Assembly (NCBI GenBank): GCA_045653205.1
Contig: JAZOLT010000006.1
Location: 65,943 to 129,942, forward strand
DNA length: 64,000 nt
Direction: 5' to 3'
Origin: Christensenellaceae bacterium
GTDB lineage: Bacteria > Bacillota > Clostridia > Christensenellales > Borkfalkiaceae
Shown: in pieces, positions 35,470-43,801 of the stretch
How positions within the stretch are numbered: position 1 is the stretch's first letter
Layout: each line of letters begins with the position of its first letter
Position numbers and translations under genes: made by a program
Notes under the pieces: model-generated
Databases searched by the model: none
Told to the model about the DNA's origin: nothing
The model's input: only the letters and a program-made list of their open reading frames with translations

Positions 35470-36056
35470 TATCTACAACACATGCTGCACATCATATCCA
35501 TACAGCACCAAGTTAAACAAAAGGTCATGCAATCGTTTGAGCTACCACCCATTTGGCGATTCTGTTGGTTAACGTTTTCCTGTCTATCATTAAAATAATG
35601 CTCAGTATAAGCCATTTTTTGCTTTAGTTTTTGATAAGCCTGTGAATATTTTGGATTGTCGGAATCCATACTTAAAGCAATTTCTAACTGTTTTTTACTT
35701 TCGTTGTGCCAGTTTTTCTTATAGAAAATTACAGCTTGAAGATAATGCCATTCAGCATTTCTATCAGAAAACTCATCTAGTTTACTTTGAGCGTCGGAAA
35801 TTCTTCCCGCCTTAATTAGCTCTTCAATATGAACGAATGCCCCTGAATTATCTGTATTTTCAGCTGTAAATCGTTCAGCCTTAATCTCTCTATAAGCATT
35901 TTCGAGCTTTGTCAATTTTTTAGCAGCGTCGTTACCGATTTCACCCTCGTAAAAACGCTCTCTTTGATATTTCTCTTTAAGTCTTAAATAAGCTTCTTCA
36001 ATTTCTTCGTTAGAAGCATATTGGTCTAAGCCTAAGATTTTGTAGTTTTCTTGCAT
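35469..36056 (-). CDS. J-domain-like (HPD-less) / TPR-like protein with C-terminal cysteine-methionine string
   Basis: YKILGLDQYASNEEIEEAYLRLKEKYQRE resembles J-domain helices I-II, but YQRE replaces YHPD. The middle AEWHYLQAVIFYKKNWHNESKKQLEIALSMDSDNPKY is TPR-like. The tail DCMTFCLTWCCMDMMCSMCCR has 7 Cys in 20 residues. Confidence 0.65.
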   Translation of the reverse strand: MQENYKILGLDQYASNEEIEEAYLRLKEKYQRERFYEGEIGNDAAKKLTKLENAYREIKAERFTAENTDNSGAFVHIEELIKAGRISDAQSKLDEFSDRNAEWHYLQAVIFYKKNWHNESKKQLEIALSMDSDNPKYSQAYQKLKQKMAYTEHYFNDRQENVNQQNRQMGGSSNDCMTFCLTWCCMDMMCSMCCR

Positions 36057-36898
36057 TTTTTATTCTCCATTACGTGTTTTGTTTGCTCCTTTAATCCTCG
36101 AAGCAATATATTATCTGTTAAGTCGTGATTAAATTGGTATTTTAACTGCTTTGCAAGCATCTCTATCTCAAGCAATACGTTGCCAAAAACACAAACCACG
36201 TCTTGATTATATTTTTCTATAAGCTCATATTTACTTTCTACTTGTGGATATGAATTTATAAAAACGTTATACTCGCACTTTCTTTTATCCTTATCAAAGT
36301 CATCAAGTGCATCAATTAAGTATACCCACTTGCCAAGATTATATGCCAAGCCCTCTAGTTCAGGAGTGTTTTTGTCGCCTGTTAACTCTATCGTAATATC
36401 TTTTATCATATTAGCAAAGCAATCAGCAACAATATCTATACTACTGCAAGCCTCACCCTCTAATTTTCTTAACGCATTATAGTTTTTACACACTATTTGG
36501 TCAAGCTTAGGCTCTAGCTTACAAGCTTTTTTATAACTTGAAGAAAGAAAAGATTTTGCAATTCTACCCTTTTTGCTATCTATAACGTCATCACAAGCCT
36601 TGTAGTAAGCCAAAATCACATTTAGCGCTGAAATTCTAGCCGTTACACTATCAAATTGAGCTATTGGACGTTTTCTTATAGTATGCAAAACACAATGCTC
36701 TTTTTTTATTTTAACGTCTATACCTAAAACGTTATGAACTAAAACAGATAAAAAAGTTAGGTCGTAATTAAGGACAAATCGACCTTTCATTCCACAAGTT
36801 TTACCAATACCCTTACAAAGCCCACAATACATTGCTTTATATAAAACGGTATCTTTTACATACATATTTGGAGTATCTGTTTTAACGTAGCCAAACAT
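36032..36898 (-). CDS. Hypothetical Cys-motif protein (I recall this N-terminus as DUF5685-like)
   Basis: MFGYVKTDTPNMYVKDTVLYKAMYCGLCKGIGKTCG...; 288 aa; overlaps the downstream J-like gene by 25 nt. Confidence 0.6.
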   Translation of the reverse strand: MFGYVKTDTPNMYVKDTVLYKAMYCGLCKGIGKTCGMKGRFVLNYDLTFLSVLVHNVLGIDVKIKKEHCVLHTIRKRPIAQFDSVTARISALNVILAYYKACDDVIDSKKGRIAKSFLSSSYKKACKLEPKLDQIVCKNYNALRKLEGEACSSIDIVADCFANMIKDITIELTGDKNTPELEGLAYNLGKWVYLIDALDDFDKDKRKCEYNVFINSYPQVESKYELIEKYNQDVVCVFGNVLLEIEMLAKQLKYQFNHDLTDNILLRGLKEQTKHVMENKKCKKTTKS

Positions 36899-36910
36899 TT
36901 AATCCCCTTA

Positions 36911-37915
36911 TTAGCCCCTTTTTCTAGGTAGCAAACCTACTTTTTTATAAACTTTTCCAAGTGTTCTATATGCAATGCGTTCAGCACGTTCTGCACCTTG
37001 CGCCAAAACGCTGTCAATATAAGCCTTATCAGCTAGTATTCTATTCTTTTCTTGCCTAATAGGCTCCATAACCTCAGCTACAGCCTCTCCAACTTTAATC
37101 TTAAAGTCGCCATAGCCCTTGCCCACAAACTCAGCCTCAGCCTCTTCAAAGGTTTTTCCTGTGTATGCAGTGTAAATAGTAAGTAAATTGCTAATACCGG
37201 GCTTATCGGGTGAAAATTTTATTTCAGAGCCACTATCAGTAACAGCACGCTTAAATTTTCTAATTATCGTATCAGGGTCATCATCCATTGAAATAAAAGC
37301 ATTTAAATTTGCGTCTGACTTGCTCATCTTTTTAGTTGGCTCTGCAAGACTCATTACCCTTGCAGCAGTTTTTCCAATATAACCCTCTGGAACTTTAAAA
37401 GTTTCGCCAAAACGATTGTTAAATCTAATTGCTAAGTCCCTTGCAAGTTCTAAATGTTGCTTTTGGTCTGCCCCAATTGGAACAAGCTCAGATTGATATA
37501 ACAGGATATCTGCCGCCATTAAAACGGGATAGTCCATCAATCCCATATTTATATTATCTTCATGTTTAAGGCTTTTATCCTTAAACTGCGTCATTCTAGA
37601 AAGCTCACCCGGATAGCACACGGTGTTTAATATCCAGGTTAATTCAGCGTGAGCTGAAACGTGTGATTGAGCAAATAAAACTGATTTTTCAGGGTCAATT
37701 CCACACGCAAGGTAAAGAGCTGCAAGCTCGTAAGAATTTTTTCTTAATACCTGTGGGTCTTGTTTAACGGTTAAGGTATGAAGGTCTGCTAAAGCAAAAA
37801 CTCCATTATAATCATTTTGCAACTTTTTAAAATTTCTTAATGCACCAAGATAATTACCAATGGTTAAAATTCCACTTGGTTGAATTGCACTAAATAATAT
37901 CTTTCTTTCATCCAT
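36911..37915 (-). CDS. trpS: Tryptophan--tRNA ligase
   Basis: SGILTIGNYLGA (HIGH-region equivalent), KMSKS, 334 aa. Confidence 0.95.
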   Translation of the reverse strand: MDERKILFSAIQPSGILTIGNYLGALRNFKKLQNDYNGVFALADLHTLTVKQDPQVLRKNSYELAALYLACGIDPEKSVLFAQSHVSAHAELTWILNTVCYPGELSRMTQFKDKSLKHEDNINMGLMDYPVLMAADILLYQSELVPIGADQKQHLELARDLAIRFNNRFGETFKVPEGYIGKTAARVMSLAEPTKKMSKSDANLNAFISMDDDPDTIIRKFKRAVTDSGSEIKFSPDKPGISNLLTIYTAYTGKTFEEAEAEFVGKGYGDFKIKVGEAVAEVMEPIRQEKNRILADKAYIDSVLAQGAERAERIAYRTLGKVYKKVGLLPRKRG

Positions 37916-37938
37916 AATTATATCTACCTTAACTTGAA

Positions 37939-39426
37939 TTATCCTTTAAATGTTAAAACAAAGTCGCTTACAGCATTCTCTGTTTGGCTAGTTTTAACAA
38001 CTTTGTTAAATCTAACCTCAGCATCTCTTAATTTTTCTATTGCTTGAGGAATGGGCTCTGCCGAAAGCTCGAATAATTTTTGCGAAGCCTTAAAACAGTC
38101 AGCCACACTCTTTCCAGTCAAAGCCTTCAAAACACTTTGCGGGAATTTATATGGGCTTGCTGTTGATAAAACAACAACTGGGTTTTCATTACCCTCTGCA
38201 ATATAGTCAGAAACTACCGAAAAAGCAACGGCAGTATGCGTATCTAATACGTAACCATAATCGTCAAAAGCATTAAAAATCTGCTCAAAGCATTCCTCTT
38301 CCTCTGCAAATCCTGCAAAAAACTCATTTGAAAGCTCTTTTACTTGCTCGCTTGATAGCGAATAAACGCCCTCAGATTTTAATTGCTCCATTTTTTCTTT
38401 AGTAAACGCACCGTCACGCCCAGAAACTTCAAATAAAAGCCTTTCAAGATTGCTTGATATTAGAATATCCATTGATGGTGATGCAGTCTTAAAGAACTCT
38501 CTGTTAATATCGTAGCTTCCATTTAAGAAAAACTCGGTTAGAACGTTATTTGAATTAGAAGCACATATTAGCTTGCCTATAGGTAAACCCATTTTTTTAG
38601 CATATAAACCAGCTAAAATGTTACCAAAGTTGCCCGTAGGCACACAAAAATCTAATTTTTGTCCCATTTTAATTTTTTCTGCGTTTACTAGGTCTAAATA
38701 TGCAGAAAAATAGTATGCAATTTGTGGAACTAATCTACCAAAATTTATTGAATTTGCACTAGATAAAACAACACCTTTGCTTTTTAGCTCGGCATTAAAT
38801 TCTAAGTTAGAAAAAATACGCTTTACAGCAGATTGGCAATCATCAAAATTACCCTCAACAGCAATAACGTTAACGTTTTTACCAGCTTGAGTGCTCATTT
38901 GAAGCTTTTGCATATCGCTTACACCTTCACTTGGATAAAACACGTTAATATATATTCCTTCTTTGTCCTTAAAACCCTCTAGTGCAGCCTTACCTGTATC
39001 ACCACTCGTTGCAGTTAATATTAAGATTTTTTCTTTAACTCCAACGTAATCTGCTCCCTTTCTTAAAAGATAGGGTAAAAGAGTTAGCGCAATATCCTTA
39101 AACGCCAATGTTGGTCCGTGAAAAAGCTCTAAGACAAACAAGTTGTCCTCTAACACAACAACAGGTGCTGCATCTCCTTCTTCAAAAGATGAGTATGCGT
39201 TCTCACACGCAGTAAGCAAGTCTTGCTTATCATATTCTTCTAAATAAGAATGAATAACCTCGCAAGCACGCTCAGCGTATGACATATTAAGCATTGAATC
39301 TAATTTGTTTGTAAAATCAGGGAAAATTTCAGGAACATATAGACCTCCATCTTCAGCTAAGCCTTTAGCAATGGCCTCAGAAGCACTCATTGCAACGTCC
39401 CTTCCTCTAGTGCTAAAAAATTTCAT
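37939..39426 (-). CDS. thrC: Threonine synthase
   Basis: FHGPTLAFKD (PLP lysine), TSGDTG, 495-aa long form. Confidence 0.9.
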   Translation of the reverse strand: MKFFSTRGRDVAMSASEAIAKGLAEDGGLYVPEIFPDFTNKLDSMLNMSYAERACEVIHSYLEEYDKQDLLTACENAYSSFEEGDAAPVVVLEDNLFVLELFHGPTLAFKDIALTLLPYLLRKGADYVGVKEKILILTATSGDTGKAALEGFKDKEGIYINVFYPSEGVSDMQKLQMSTQAGKNVNVIAVEGNFDDCQSAVKRIFSNLEFNAELKSKGVVLSSANSINFGRLVPQIAYYFSAYLDLVNAEKIKMGQKLDFCVPTGNFGNILAGLYAKKMGLPIGKLICASNSNNVLTEFFLNGSYDINREFFKTASPSMDILISSNLERLLFEVSGRDGAFTKEKMEQLKSEGVYSLSSEQVKELSNEFFAGFAEEEECFEQIFNAFDDYGYVLDTHTAVAFSVVSDYIAEGNENPVVVLSTASPYKFPQSVLKALTGKSVADCFKASQKLFELSAEPIPQAIEKLRDAEVRFNKVVKTSQTENAVSDFVLTFKG

Positions 39427-39440
39427 ATAACATCCTACAT

Positions 39441-39471
39441 AAAAAATTAAGTCGGAAAAAGTTTTCCGACT
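39441..39471 (-). terminator. Terminator after the small P-loop gene
   Basis: Minus strand reads AGTCGGAAA-actt-TTTCCGACT followed by TAATTTTTTAT. Confidence 0.6.
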
Positions 39472-39474
39472 ATA

Positions 39475-39504
39475 ATTTTACACTATTTTATACATTAAAA
39501 GCAA
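39475..39504 (-). promoter_or_regulatory. Candidate promoter for thrC-trpS, overlapping the upstream terminator
   Basis: Minus strand reads TTGCTT (39504-39499), 18-nt spacer, TAAAAT (39480-39475). The predicted start would fall inside the terminator stem. Confidence 0.35.
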
Positions 39505-39505
39505 G

Positions 39506-39913
39506 TTATTCAACGTGTTTTAAGATAAATTCAGGTAATTCTTCTTTAGCAGCGCTTGCAGTTAAAACAAATTTAACTTCATAGTCTTTTTCTAACACTT
39601 CCATAGCGTCAAATATATTTTGAAGTTCAGCTAAAGCTTTTCCTGTAATTCTTGCCAAACCGTCGATAAATATGTATTCATTATCACCGTTTGCAGCAAC
39701 AATGCCCTTTATAAATCCTCTAAAACCGTCTTCACCTTGTATAGCGAAACCTGACACGTCTAAAAACCTAATTTGATGCTTTAGTTCAAGCGTGTTCTTC
39801 TTGCTGTCCGTAATATAAATAACGTGGCCTTTTGCCTTTTCTAAAGCGTCGTTAGCAAAATCAATAATTGCTTTGGTCTTACCTGTGCCTTTTGGTCCGT
39901 AAATAATTTTCAT
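39506..39913 (-). CDS. Minimal stand-alone P-loop NTPase, function unknown
   Basis: 135 aa with Walker A GPKGTGKT at residues 6-13 and a Walker B-like YIFIDGL. A strong SD (GGAGGAAATTTGA) precedes the ATG. Confidence 0.6.
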   Translation of the reverse strand: MKIIYGPKGTGKTKAIIDFANDALEKAKGHVIYITDSKKNTLELKHQIRFLDVSGFAIQGEDGFRGFIKGIVAANGDNEYIFIDGLARITGKALAELQNIFDAMEVLEKDYEVKFVLTASAAKEELPEFILKHVE

Positions 39914-39990
39914 TCAAATTTCCTCCAAGTGAGTTCTTTATACATCTATTTTATAACACTTTTTAGAAAATTACAATATGTTTTTAAAAA

Positions 39991-41382
39991 TTATCTTGCG
40001 TTTTCCAATAATTTTTTATAAAATTTTGCGTCAACCTCGTGAATAATGTTTACCAACTCTTCGTCGCCCATAACGCTACATCTGCCGTCAGCATACTCTC
40101 TATCAACAACTTCCTTGATTTTTGCAACGATTGGATTAGATTTTTCAATCTTGTTCTCTTCGCTTAATTCAAAATAATCGTTAATCCAGTATGCAATACC
40201 TGCTAAACCACTGGTATTGTTAATTGAAACGTGCAATGGTCTATTAAGCAACTTCTTGGTGTCGAAAATATTATAAATTTCTTCATCCTTTAATATTCCG
40301 TCTGCGTGAATTCCAGCTCTCGTTGCATTAAAGTTTCTACCAACGAACGGAGTTCTTGGTGGAATTTCATAACCTATTTCTCTTTCAAAATAGTTTGCAA
40401 TATCCGTAATTGCAGTGTAATCCATTCCATCAGAATTGCCCTTAAACGAAGCATATTCGAACGTCATTGCTTCTAATGGGCAGTTACCTGTTCTTTCGCC
40501 TATTCCAAGAAGAGAACAGTTAACTGATGAACAGCCGTAAAGCCAAGCAGTAGACGCATTGCTAACAACCTTGTAAAAGTCGTTATGCCCGTGCCACTCT
40601 AACAATTCGCTTGGAATTTCAGCATAGTGATTTAAGCCGTATATAATTCCAGGAACACTTCTTGGAATTGCTGCACCTGGGAAGCTCACTCCAAAACCCA
40701 TAGTGTCGCACGCACGAATCTTAATAGGAATGCCACTCTCAAGAGAAAGTTTTCTAAGCTCGGTTGCAAATGGAACTACAAAACCATAAAAGTCTGCTCT
40801 AGTTATATCCTCAAAGTGACATCTAGGTCTAATGCCTGCGTCAAGAGCATCTTTAACTATTCCTAAATACTTATCAAGTGCTTCAGAACGGCTTAGATTC
40901 ATTTTCTTAAAGATGTGGTAGTCTGAACAGCTGGTTAAAATACCTGTTTCCTTAATTCCCATATCCTTGACTAACTTAAAATCGTTCTTGTTCGCTCTTA
41001 TCCAGCTTGTTACTTCAGGGAATTCATAGCCTAGTTCTAAACACTTTCTAACAGCCTCTCTATCCTTTTCAGAATATAAAAAGAACTCTGATTGACGGAT
41101 AATACCCTTCTTTCCACCAAGTCTTGCCATAAGCTTGTAAAGTTCAACAATTTGCTCTACAGTAAATGGTGAGGTTGATTGTTGACCATCACGGAAAGTC
41201 GTATCAGTAATCCAAATGTTTTCAGGCATACTGGTAGGCACGTGGCGATGGTTAAAAATTATTTTTGGAACACTTTCATAATCAAAAATGTGTCTATATA
41301 ATTGTGGGTTTTCAACGTCTTGCAAAGAATAAGAATAAATCTTTTCTTCTAGCAAGTTGTTTTTCTTATTTATATGAATCAT
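39991..41382 (-). CDS. HMGL-like (isopropylmalate/homocitrate/Re-citrate synthase family) enzyme
   Basis: ITDTTFRDGQQS, EWHGHNDF and NATRAGIHADGILKDEEIYNIFD are aldolase-type TIM barrel motifs of the LeuA/NifV family. It has a 55-aa N-terminal extension and lacks the LeuA regulatory domain. Confidence 0.7.
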   Translation of the reverse strand: MIHINKKNNLLEEKIYSYSLQDVENPQLYRHIFDYESVPKIIFNHRHVPTSMPENIWITDTTFRDGQQSTSPFTVEQIVELYKLMARLGGKKGIIRQSEFFLYSEKDREAVRKCLELGYEFPEVTSWIRANKNDFKLVKDMGIKETGILTSCSDYHIFKKMNLSRSEALDKYLGIVKDALDAGIRPRCHFEDITRADFYGFVVPFATELRKLSLESGIPIKIRACDTMGFGVSFPGAAIPRSVPGIIYGLNHYAEIPSELLEWHGHNDFYKVVSNASTAWLYGCSSVNCSLLGIGERTGNCPLEAMTFEYASFKGNSDGMDYTAITDIANYFEREIGYEIPPRTPFVGRNFNATRAGIHADGILKDEEIYNIFDTKKLLNRPLHVSINNTSGLAGIAYWINDYFELSEENKIEKSNPIVAKIKEVVDREYADGRCSVMGDEELVNIIHEVDAKFYKKLLENAR

Positions 41383-41397
41383 AAATCGGTCCTCCTA

Positions 41398-42594
41398 TTA
41401 TTTTATTTCGGACAAGAAGCTGTTAAGCCTATTTAAGCCCTCCTCAATGTCCTCGATAGAAATAGCATAAGATAATCTAATACAGTTATCGTCACCAAAC
41501 GCAATACCTGGGATTAGCGCAACACCCTTCTTTAACGCAAGGTTAGCAAACTTTAACGAACCGTCGATAACCTCTCCGTCAAAACTCTTACCATAATAAC
41601 CCGAAACGTCTACAAATACGTAGAAAGCACCCTTCGGAGCTACCGGCTTAATGCCTTTCATTACAGATAACTTATCAAGCATAAATAATCTACGCTTGTC
41701 AAATACCTTTTGCATCTCGTTGCAGAATTCTTGCCCCTTAGGGTCGTTAAGCGCTACTACTGAAGCATATTGTGAAATTGAACAAGCATTGCTTGTAGTA
41801 TGGCTTTGCATGTTTGAAACTGCCTTTGCAATTGCTTTAGGTGCAGCAATATATCCAATTCTCCAACCGGTCATCGAATAAGTCTTGCTCATTCCGTTGA
41901 TTATTATGGTATGTTCTTTCATATAATCACTAGCACAAGCTATTGAATAATGCTTTTCACCTGCATACACAAGCTTTTCGTAAATTTCATCTGATATACA
42001 ATAAATTCCGTGCTTTTCACAAACTTTTGCAATCTCTTTAATCTCTTGCTCAGAATATACCGAACCTGTAGGATTGTTTGGTGTGTTTAAGATAATAGCT
42101 TTGGTTTTATCAGTAACCGCATCTTCAAACTGCTTAGCAGTTATCTTGTAACCGTTTTCACTACCAGCCTTAATATATACCGTCTTTCCTCCTGCAAGTC
42201 CAATAAGCTCGGGATAAGTTAGCCAATAAGGTGAAGGTAAGATAACTTCATCTCCATCTTCAATGATAGCACATATAGAGTGATATAATGAACTCTTTGC
42301 ACCACTGCTTATAACAATTTGGTCAACTTCATAATCTAAGCCGTTATCTCTTTTAAACTTATCTACAACAGCTTTTTTTAGTTCAACCATGCCAGATGCA
42401 GGCGTGTATTTTGTAAAACCAATATCAAGTGCTTGTTTCGCAGCATCGATTATGTATTCGGGAGTGTTAAAATCAGGCTCTCCCGCACCAAAACCTATTA
42501 TGGAAACGCCCTCTGCTTTTAGCTTTTTTGCCTTTGCAGTAATTTCAAGCGTTAATGATGGTGAAATTTCTTTTACTCTTTTAGATATACTCAT
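41398..42594 (-). CDS. Class I PLP-dependent aminotransferase (aspartate aminotransferase-like)
   Basis: GAGEPDF, NPNNPTG-like NTPNNPTG, SKTYSMTGWRIGY (PLP lysine). Confidence 0.85.
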   Translation of the reverse strand: MSISKRVKEISPSLTLEITAKAKKLKAEGVSIIGFGAGEPDFNTPEYIIDAAKQALDIGFTKYTPASGMVELKKAVVDKFKRDNGLDYEVDQIVISSGAKSSLYHSICAIIEDGDEVILPSPYWLTYPELIGLAGGKTVYIKAGSENGYKITAKQFEDAVTDKTKAIILNTPNNPTGSVYSEQEIKEIAKVCEKHGIYCISDEIYEKLVYAGEKHYSIACASDYMKEHTIIINGMSKTYSMTGWRIGYIAAPKAIAKAVSNMQSHTTSNACSISQYASVVALNDPKGQEFCNEMQKVFDKRRLFMLDKLSVMKGIKPVAPKGAFYVFVDVSGYYGKSFDGEVIDGSLKFANLALKKGVALIPGIAFGDDNCIRLSYAISIEDIEEGLNRLNSFLSEIK

Positions 42595-42617
42595 TTCTAT
42601 CTCCTTATTTCTTCTTT

Positions 42618-42647
42618 ATTGTAACATATATATACCCATATGGGCAA
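42618..42647 (-). promoter_or_regulatory. Candidate promoter for the aminotransferase operon
   Basis: Minus strand reads TTGCCC (42647-42642), 18-nt spacer ending in TGt, TACAAT (42623-42618). Confidence 0.35.
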
Positions 42648-42727
42648 TACTTTTTTAATTCAACTTTTTTATGTGGTATAACCTTTTATTTATAATGTTT
42701 GAAATCTTATCTCTTTTAGGTTATATC

Positions 42728-43801
42728 TTATTCATCGGTTTCGGCTGCTAGTTTGCTTTCTCTATCTGCAATACCTAAAGCCTCTACCATCTCATCTATT
42801 TCCCCTGCAAGGAAGCTGTCAATTGAGTGTAATGTTAGTCCAATTCTATGGTCGGTAATTCTGCCTTGAGGAAAGTTATATGTTCTAATTCTTTCCGACC
42901 TATCACCTGAACCTACTTGGCTACGTCTGTTTTCAGAGTATTCCTTGTCAGCTTGTGATTGATAATAGTCATACAGCCTACTCTTTAACACTTTCATTGC
43001 TTTTTCACGGTTTTTTGTTTGTGAACGCTCATCTTGACAAAGCACGACTATTCCTGTTGGAAGGTGAGTAAGTCTTATGCAAGATTCGGTCTTGTTTACG
43101 TGCTGACCACCTGCGCCACTACTTCTTAGCGTGTCAATTTTTAAGTCCTTTTCTTCAATTGTTATTTCTACGTCGGTAGCCTCAGGTAAAACGGCAACGG
43201 TGGCCGCCGAGGTGTGAACTCTACCCTGCGATTCGGTTTCTGGCACTCTTTGAACTCTATGAACGCCACTTTCAAATTTTAATTTGCTATATGCAGATTT
43301 ACCCGTGATTGAAAAAACAACTTCTTTAATTCCACCAAGCTCGGTAGAATTATTTTCAATCTCCTCAATTTTCCAACGATTTTTTTCGGCAAATTTTACA
43401 TACATTCTGTATAACTCGAAAGCAAACAAGCTTGCCTCCTCGCCACCTGTTCCTGCACGAATTTCCATTATAACGTTCTTGTCGTCGTTAGGGTCTTTTG
43501 GTAAAAGTAAAATTCTTAATTCAGCTGATGTTTCTTCAATCCTTTTCTTGCACGCCTCTAACTCATCTAATACCAACGCTTTCATTTCTGGGTCGGTTTC
43601 AACTTCTGCCATTGCCATTAAATCATCTCTTTCTGAAACAGCTTTTTTATACTCCGTATACTTTTCTACCGTTTCAGTAATTTCAGCCAGCTCCATTGTA
43701 TAGCCTTTCCATTCATCTATTCTAGATATAACGTCCGCATCTCCTACAAGCTCGTTTAGTTTTTCATATCTTAATAGCATTTTATCAAGTTTTTTAAACA
43801 T
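42728..43801 (-). CDS. prfA: Peptide chain release factor 1
   Basis: PET-type tripeptide region ([13 protein letters not shown]), [14 protein letters not shown] motif. Confidence 0.95.
   Translation of the reverse strand: MFKKLDKMLLRYEKLNELVGDADVISRIDEWKGYTMELAEITETVEKYTEYKKAVSERDDLMAMAEVETDPEMKALVLDELEACKKRIEETSAELRILLLPKDPNDDKNVIMEIRAGTGGEEASLFAFELYRMYVKFAEKNRWKIEEIENNSTELGGIKEVVFSITGKSAYSKLKFESGVHRVQRVPETESQGRVHTSAATVAVLPEATDVEITIEEKDLKIDTLRSSGAGGQHVNKTESCIRLTHLPTGIVVLCQDERSQTKNREKAMKVLKSRLYDYYQSQADKEYSENRRSQVGSGDRSERIRTYNFPQGRITDHRIGLTLHSIDSFLAGEIDEMVEALGIADRESKLAAETDE

Noticed and set aside
37916-37938. T-box leader upstream of trpS.
   Set aside because: Only 23 nt separate thrC from trpS, and no specifier or T-box sequence can fit. 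The region upstream of thrC (39427-39505) is also too short.
42635-42644. Perfect 10-bp palindrome CCCATATGGG upstream of the aminotransferase gene (possible operator).
   Set aside because: It is a single short palindrome overlapping a candidate -35, with no second copy seen in the window. That is insufficient to call a binding site.
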